Origin: Limisphaerales bacterium | Lineage (GTDB): Bacteria; Verrucomicrobiota; Verrucomicrobiia; Limisphaerales; UBA9464 | Length of the DNA stretch: 37,110 bases | Direction of reading: 5' to 3' | NCBI GenBank assembly: GCA_044221235.1 | Contig: JBGAPN010000002.1 | Location: 1 to 37,110, forward strand | Part shown: positions 33,167 to 37,110 of the stretch, piece after piece | How the letters are laid out: the number at the start of each line of letters is the position of its first letter | Position numbering within the stretch: the first letter of the stretch is position 1 | Notes under the pieces: model-generated | What the model saw: only the letters and a program-made list of their open reading frames with translations | Databases searched by the model: none | What the model was told of the DNA's origin: nothing | Made by a program: the position numbers and the translations under genes

Positions 33167-35638
33167 TCACTCACTCCGCAACGCCTCCATGGCGTCGACC
33201 CGCGCCGCTCGGCGTGCCGGAATCCAGCAGGCCAGCAAGGCCACCGCAAGCAGTCCCAACCCGACCAGCACGTAGGTCACGACATCCGTCGGTTTGACCT
33301 CCACCAGCTGGCTCGCAAGGAGTCGAGACGACGCCATCGCCAATCCGACCCCGGCCACAAGCCCCGTCAGGACGGGCCGTGATCCCTGGGTGACCACCAT
33401 GCGGATCATTCCCCGCGGCGACGCGCCGAGGGCCAGGCGGATTCCGAGTTCACGGGTGCGCTGGCTGACCATCCAGGCCATCACGCTGTAGATCCCGATG
33501 GCCGACAGCAGGAGCGCCAGGGCCGCGAAGGTGCCGAGCAGGATCACCACGAAGCGCTGGCCCTGGAGGGATTCCTGGACCAGCGACGCCATGGTCTTCA
33601 CCGAATCGAGCGGCAGGTCGGCATCGATGGCACGCAGTTCATGCCGCAGCGCCGAGACGAGATTCGCCGGCGTATCACGGGTCTGGACGACGATGCCGAC
33701 ATTGTTCCGGACCATCGGGATATTGAAGCTCTGCTCGAAGGGATAGAACGCCTCCGGCTGCGGCTCTCCGGCCAGGGAGAACCGGCGGGTGTCCGACACC
33801 ACTCCGACCACCCGGGCGAACGGCGGGTCCAGGATCAGGGCCAGCAGGCCTTGGACCTCCTGGTTGCCGTAGAGCGAACGGGGCAGTCCCGAGGCCACCC
33901 GTTTTCCAATCGGATCCTCATCACCGAAAAACTGCTTCGCCGCCCTCTGGTTCAGAATCACCACCGGTTCGGAGCCGGCGCGATCCTGCTCCGTGAACAG
34001 CCGGCCGCGCAGCACCTGAACCCCGAGCGCTTCGAGTCCGCCCGGAGTAGCCGTGGTGTAGGTGATGCCGCGGAGTTCATCCTGCCGGGTGTAGGATTTG
34101 CCCTCGACCAGCAGCGGGATGCTAAAATTGTCCCCGTTCAGCGGAATCATCCCCATCACGCCCGCCTGCACGACTCCCGGGAGGTGATTGAGACGTTCGC
34201 GGAGGTTTTGAACGACGGTAAGGGAGCGGGCGGTGTCGGGATAACGAGTCACGGGAAGGTTCACCCCGGCCACCACCAGGTTGTCGACGCGGAATCCCGG
34301 GTCCACATGGGAGAGCTGCACCAGGCTGCGCAGAAGCAGTCCAGCAGCAATCAGCAGCACGAAGGCCAGCGCCACCTCGGCCACCACCAGGCCGCGTCGG
34401 ATCCAGCCGCCGCCGTCTCCGGTGATCGAACGTCCGCCACTCTTCAGGCTTTCGGTCGAGTCAGCACGGGAGGCATGCCAGGCCGGGACCAAGGCCGCCA
34501 TCAAGGCCGTTCCCAAGGATACGGCCACCGTAAAACCCAGGACCGGCAGGCTCAACCGCACCTGGGACTCCGCCGGGAGCGAGTCAACAGGCATCAGCGC
34601 GAGAATCATTTTCAACCCTCCCCATGCCAGCGCCGTTCCCGATACTGCGGCGAGGGCACCCAATGGGAGGGACTCCATAATCAACTGCCGGACAATCGCT
34701 CCCCGCGTGGCACCCAGTGCGGCGCGGACGGCGATCTCCCGTCCCCGGCTGGCACCGCGGGCCAGCAGCAGGTTGGTCACGTTGACGCAGGCAATCAGAA
34801 GGACACAGCCCACCGCTCCGAACAGGAGCCGAAGGGTCGGCCGGAGGTTCGCGCCCACCGTTTCTGCGAGCGGCTGGACCCGAACCGATACATCGCGGTT
34901 CTCCACCGGGAACTCCGTTTCAATGCGCCGGGCGATCCGGTCGAGGTCTTCTGTGGCACGTTCCACTGTGACACCGGGCTTCAGCCGTCCCACGCCCCAA
35001 ATGTCCATCTGAACTCCGCGCAGATTCCGTATGTCTTCGGGAATGGACGGCCAGAGCGGCAGGTAAAACCACGCGTTCCAAAATTTGAACTGGGATGGCA
35101 TCACGCCAACCACCTCGTGGCTGATCCCATTCAGGGTCACGCTCTTTCCCAAAACGTCCGGGCCTCGCCCGAAAAAGCGCTCCCAGGCCCGGTCCGACAG
35201 GACACAGACACGCGGTGCCCCGGGAACATCGTCACTGGGCAGTAGCGATCGCCCCAGAACCGGTCGTACCCCCAACAGTTCCAGCACACCGGCGGACACA
35301 TTCGCTCCCTTGAGTCGGGTGGCGTCGTCCTTGCCCGTCACCACCAACTGCGCGTCCTGGGCACCCCCCAGTCCGTCGAACGAGGTCGCCTCCTTCTGCC
35401 AGTCCCGCAGATCCAGGTGGTTGACCGCCTGGGTCGAGTTGGCCTCCCGGCGGAGCGTCCCGGAAATGAACATGATCCGCTCCTGTTCCGGATAACTGAA
35501 AGGCCGGATTAGGACCGCGTGGATGACGCTGAAAATCGCTGTGTTGGCCCCGATGCCGAGCGCCAGCGTCAACACCGCCACCCAGGTGAATCCGGGATGC
35601 TGTCGGACCTGGCGGAGTGCGAATCGAAAACCATTCAT
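33167..35638 (-). CDS. ADOP-family duplicated MacB-like ABC transporter permease (two FtsX domains)
   Basis: The ATG at 35638 gives MNGFRFALRQVRQHPGFTWVAVLTLALGIGANTAIFSVIHAVLIRPFSYPEQERI, the canonical ADOP/MacB-like N-terminus. A second repeat half begins WIRRGLVVAEVALAFVLLIAAGLLLRS, and both halves end in FtsX-type helices. Confidence 0.85.
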   Translation of the reverse strand: MNGFRFALRQVRQHPGFTWVAVLTLALGIGANTAIFSVIHAVLIRPFSYPEQERIMFISGTLRREANSTQAVNHLDLRDWQKEATSFDGLGGAQDAQLVVTGKDDATRLKGANVSAGVLELLGVRPVLGRSLLPSDDVPGAPRVCVLSDRAWERFFGRGPDVLGKSVTLNGISHEVVGVMPSQFKFWNAWFYLPLWPSIPEDIRNLRGVQMDIWGVGRLKPGVTVERATEDLDRIARRIETEFPVENRDVSVRVQPLAETVGANLRPTLRLLFGAVGCVLLIACVNVTNLLLARGASRGREIAVRAALGATRGAIVRQLIMESLPLGALAAVSGTALAWGGLKMILALMPVDSLPAESQVRLSLPVLGFTVAVSLGTALMAALVPAWHASRADSTESLKSGGRSITGDGGGWIRRGLVVAEVALAFVLLIAAGLLLRSLVQLSHVDPGFRVDNLVVAGVNLPVTRYPDTARSLTVVQNLRERLNHLPGVVQAGVMGMIPLNGDNFSIPLLVEGKSYTRQDELRGITYTTATPGGLEALGVQVLRGRLFTEQDRAGSEPVVILNQRAAKQFFGDEDPIGKRVASGLPRSLYGNQEVQGLLALILDPPFARVVGVVSDTRRFSLAGEPQPEAFYPFEQSFNIPMVRNNVGIVVQTRDTPANLVSALRHELRAIDADLPLDSVKTMASLVQESLQGQRFVVILLGTFAALALLLSAIGIYSVMAWMVSQRTRELGIRLALGASPRGMIRMVVTQGSRPVLTGLVAGVGLAMASSRLLASQLVEVKPTDVVTYVLVGLGLLAVALLACWIPARRAARVDAMEALRSE

Positions 35639-35794
35639 AGAGACGTCACGAATCAGGAAACGCTGCAATGCACGCCCCGTGCCAGACGTTCCGAACATGG
35701 GGTCCAGCGGGCGGGCGCCAGCCGCAGCCTCCGGGATTCACCCGTCTGAACGCGCGTTTGTTGCAGGAAAGATGGGAAAGCGTGCCCTTCGACT

Positions 35795-35832
35795 TCCCAA
35801 TTCCGGGACAAACGCGTCCCGAAATTGGCAAG
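35795..35832 (-). repeat. Palindromic intergenic repeat, variant copy E (outer blocks like copy A, different self-complementary core)
   Basis: Reads TCCCAATTCCGGGACAAACGCGTCCCGAAATTGGCAAG. TCCCAATTCC (35795-35804) and TTGGCAAG (35825-35832) are identical to 747-756 and 779-786 of copy A. Arms CCAATTCCGGGAC and GTCCCGAAATTGG pair at 12 of 13 positions around a 6-nt spacer. Confidence 0.65.
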
Positions 35833-35908
35833 GCGCCAAACCTCACCGGTTCGCCATCGACAGCCTTCCGGGCTTGAAGTCCCTCGGTGCTCCTGCTGGC
35901 CTTTCACC

Positions 35909-37110
35909 ATGATTTCCCGGTCCAGGATTCCGGCCGTCAGCACGGCGCCGGGGTGCTTCACCGGAAACGCCATTCGACTGGTGATTTGGATCGTCGCCCT
36001 GGTCTCCGGCCCGGCAACAGCCGATCCCGCCATCCAGCCGGGCCAGCACTGGGCTTTCCAGCCGCTCCGCCGTCCCCAACCTCCAGCCGTACGGAATGCC
36101 GGGTGGTTGAGGAACGACCTCGACCGTTTCATCCTCGCCCGGCTGGAAGCCAATGGCCTGGCTCCGGTCCCGGTCGCCTCACCGGCGACCCTGCTGCGCC
36201 GGGTCACCTTCGATCTCACGGGACTGCCCCCCACCCCGGAGGCACTCGACGCCGTTCTCCACGACAGTTCTCCACAGGCGTTCGACCGGGTTGCGGAACG
36301 CCTCCTGGCGTCGCCGAATTATGGGGAACGCTGGGGACGGTACTGGATGGATGTCGCCCGGTACGCGGACACCGCTGGGGACAATGCCGACTATCCGGTG
36401 CCCGAGCTGTTCCGTTATCGCGACTACATCATCCGCTCGTTCAATTCCGACAAGCCCTTCGATCGCTTCGTGCAGGAGCAGCTGGCCGGCGACATCCTCG
36501 CAACCCAGGGAGAATCCGACTACGCGGATGGCATCGTGGCCACCGGATTCCTCGCGCTGTCCCGCCGCTACGGAACCGGCCCGTACGAGCTGTGGCACCT
36601 CACGCTGGAAAACACCATTGAGACCTTTGGCCAGGCATTCCTTGGCCTGAATCTCAAGTGCGCGCGCTGCCACGACCACAAATTCGATCCGGTCACAGCC
36701 CGGGATTACTACGGGCTCTACGGCATTTTCGCTTCCACCGAGTTTCCCTGGGCCGGATCGGAGGAGGTGCAGTCCAAGAATCTCAATCGTCAGAAATTCG
36801 TGCCACTGGTTCCGGACGCCGTCGCCACACCCCGGATGGCCGCCTGGCAGTCGGACATGGAGCGCCTGCGTGCCGAAATCGCCTCGGTGGAGAAGCAGCC
36901 CACCAATGCACCCGCCGACGCAGACCGCCGGAAGCTGCGCCTCGATTCCCTGAAGCGTCAGTTGCGGACATTGGAGAAGCCCGGTGCGCCCCCGGATCTT
37001 CCGGTGGCCTATGGCGTCCGCGAAGGCGCGCCGGCTGATGTTCCCCTCCAGCGCCGGGGCGAACCCGACCAGCCCGGCGACATCACGCCCCGCTGCGTTC
37101 CGGCCTTCCT
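35909..37110 (+). CDS. DUF1549 (PSCyt2) / DUF1553 (PSD1) domain protein of the Planctomycetes-Verrucomicrobia type. The 3' end runs off the window.
   Basis: Absent from the ORF track because it is open at the window edge. The ATG at 35909 gives MISRSRIPAVS...IRLVIWIVALVSGPATA. It continues NDLDRFILARLEANGLAPVPVASPATLLRRVTFDLTGLPPTPEALDAVL...LLASPNYGERWGRYWMDVARYADT and LGLNLKCARCHDHKFDPVTARDYYGLYGIFAST, which are hallmark DUF1549/DUF1553 motifs. Confidence 0.85.
   Translation, partial: MISRSRIPAVSTAPGCFTGNAIRLVIWIVALVSGPATADPAIQPGQHWAFQPLRRPQPPAVRNAGWLRNDLDRFILARLEANGLAPVPVASPATLLRRVTFDLTGLPPTPEALDAVLHDSSPQAFDRVAERLLASPNYGERWGRYWMDVARYADTAGDNADYPVPELFRYRDYIIRSFNSDKPFDRFVQEQLAGDILATQGESDYADGIVATGFLALSRRYGTGPYELWHLTLENTIETFGQAFLGLNLKCARCHDHKFDPVTARDYYGLYGIFASTEFPWAGSEEVQSKNLNRQKFVPLVPDAVATPRMAAWQSDMERLRAEIASVEKQPTNAPADADRRKLRLDSLKRQLRTLEKPGAPPDLPVAYGVREGAPADVPLQRRGEPDQPGDITPRCVPAF

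Noticed and set aside
1-37110. Scan for CRISPR arrays, tRNA/rRNA genes, transposases, integrases, phage genes, toxin-antitoxin pairs or known defence-system hallmarks
   Set aside because: I recognised none. The only repeated sequences found are the ~40-bp palindromic family, the 14-bp tandem duplication and the short coding repeats in the recA 5' end. The helicases and nucleases present are the canonical RecBCD subunits.

Overview
High-GC chromosomal segment, read entirely by eye. It probably comes from a PVC-superphylum bacterium, most likely Verrucomicrobiota. That guess is an inference from a DUF1549/DUF1553 protein, an ADOP-type MacB-like permease, a Ser/Thr kinase paired with an ECF sigma factor, a C-terminal ...FYRVR domain and weak Shine-Dalgarno usage. 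The content is mostly housekeeping or accessory metabolism. It includes a translationally coupled recC-recB-recD operon on the minus strand, recA, and a kinase-to-ECF-sigma signalling operon. It also holds a four-gene sugar-acid/lactone-type cluster, an octaheme cytochrome c coupled to a small 4-TM protein, and a large M4 (thermolysin-like) protease. Two real genes are missing from the ORF track because they run off the window edges: 1-579 (minus strand) and 35909-37110 (plus strand). I found no CRISPR array, tRNA or rRNA, transposase, integrase, or recognisable defence island. I cannot honestly name a clear new multi-gene system. Four things seem most worth following up. (1) A dispersed ~40-bp palindromic intergenic repeat family has four clear copies, and one copy has changed its core while staying self-complementary. 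(2) Four gene disruptions sit in 37 kb: a recB frameshift, a tag remnant abutting a DUF5069 gene, a 14-bp tandem duplication in a TIM-barrel isomerase, and a split CXXCH protein gene. (3) The octaheme cytochrome, the 4-TM protein and the protease form a tight gene string. (4) A 590-bp, AT-richer divergent spacer lies between the kinase/sigma operon and a lower-GC CXXCH protein gene. Most long ORFs in the track are GC-driven alternative-frame artefacts lying over these genes.
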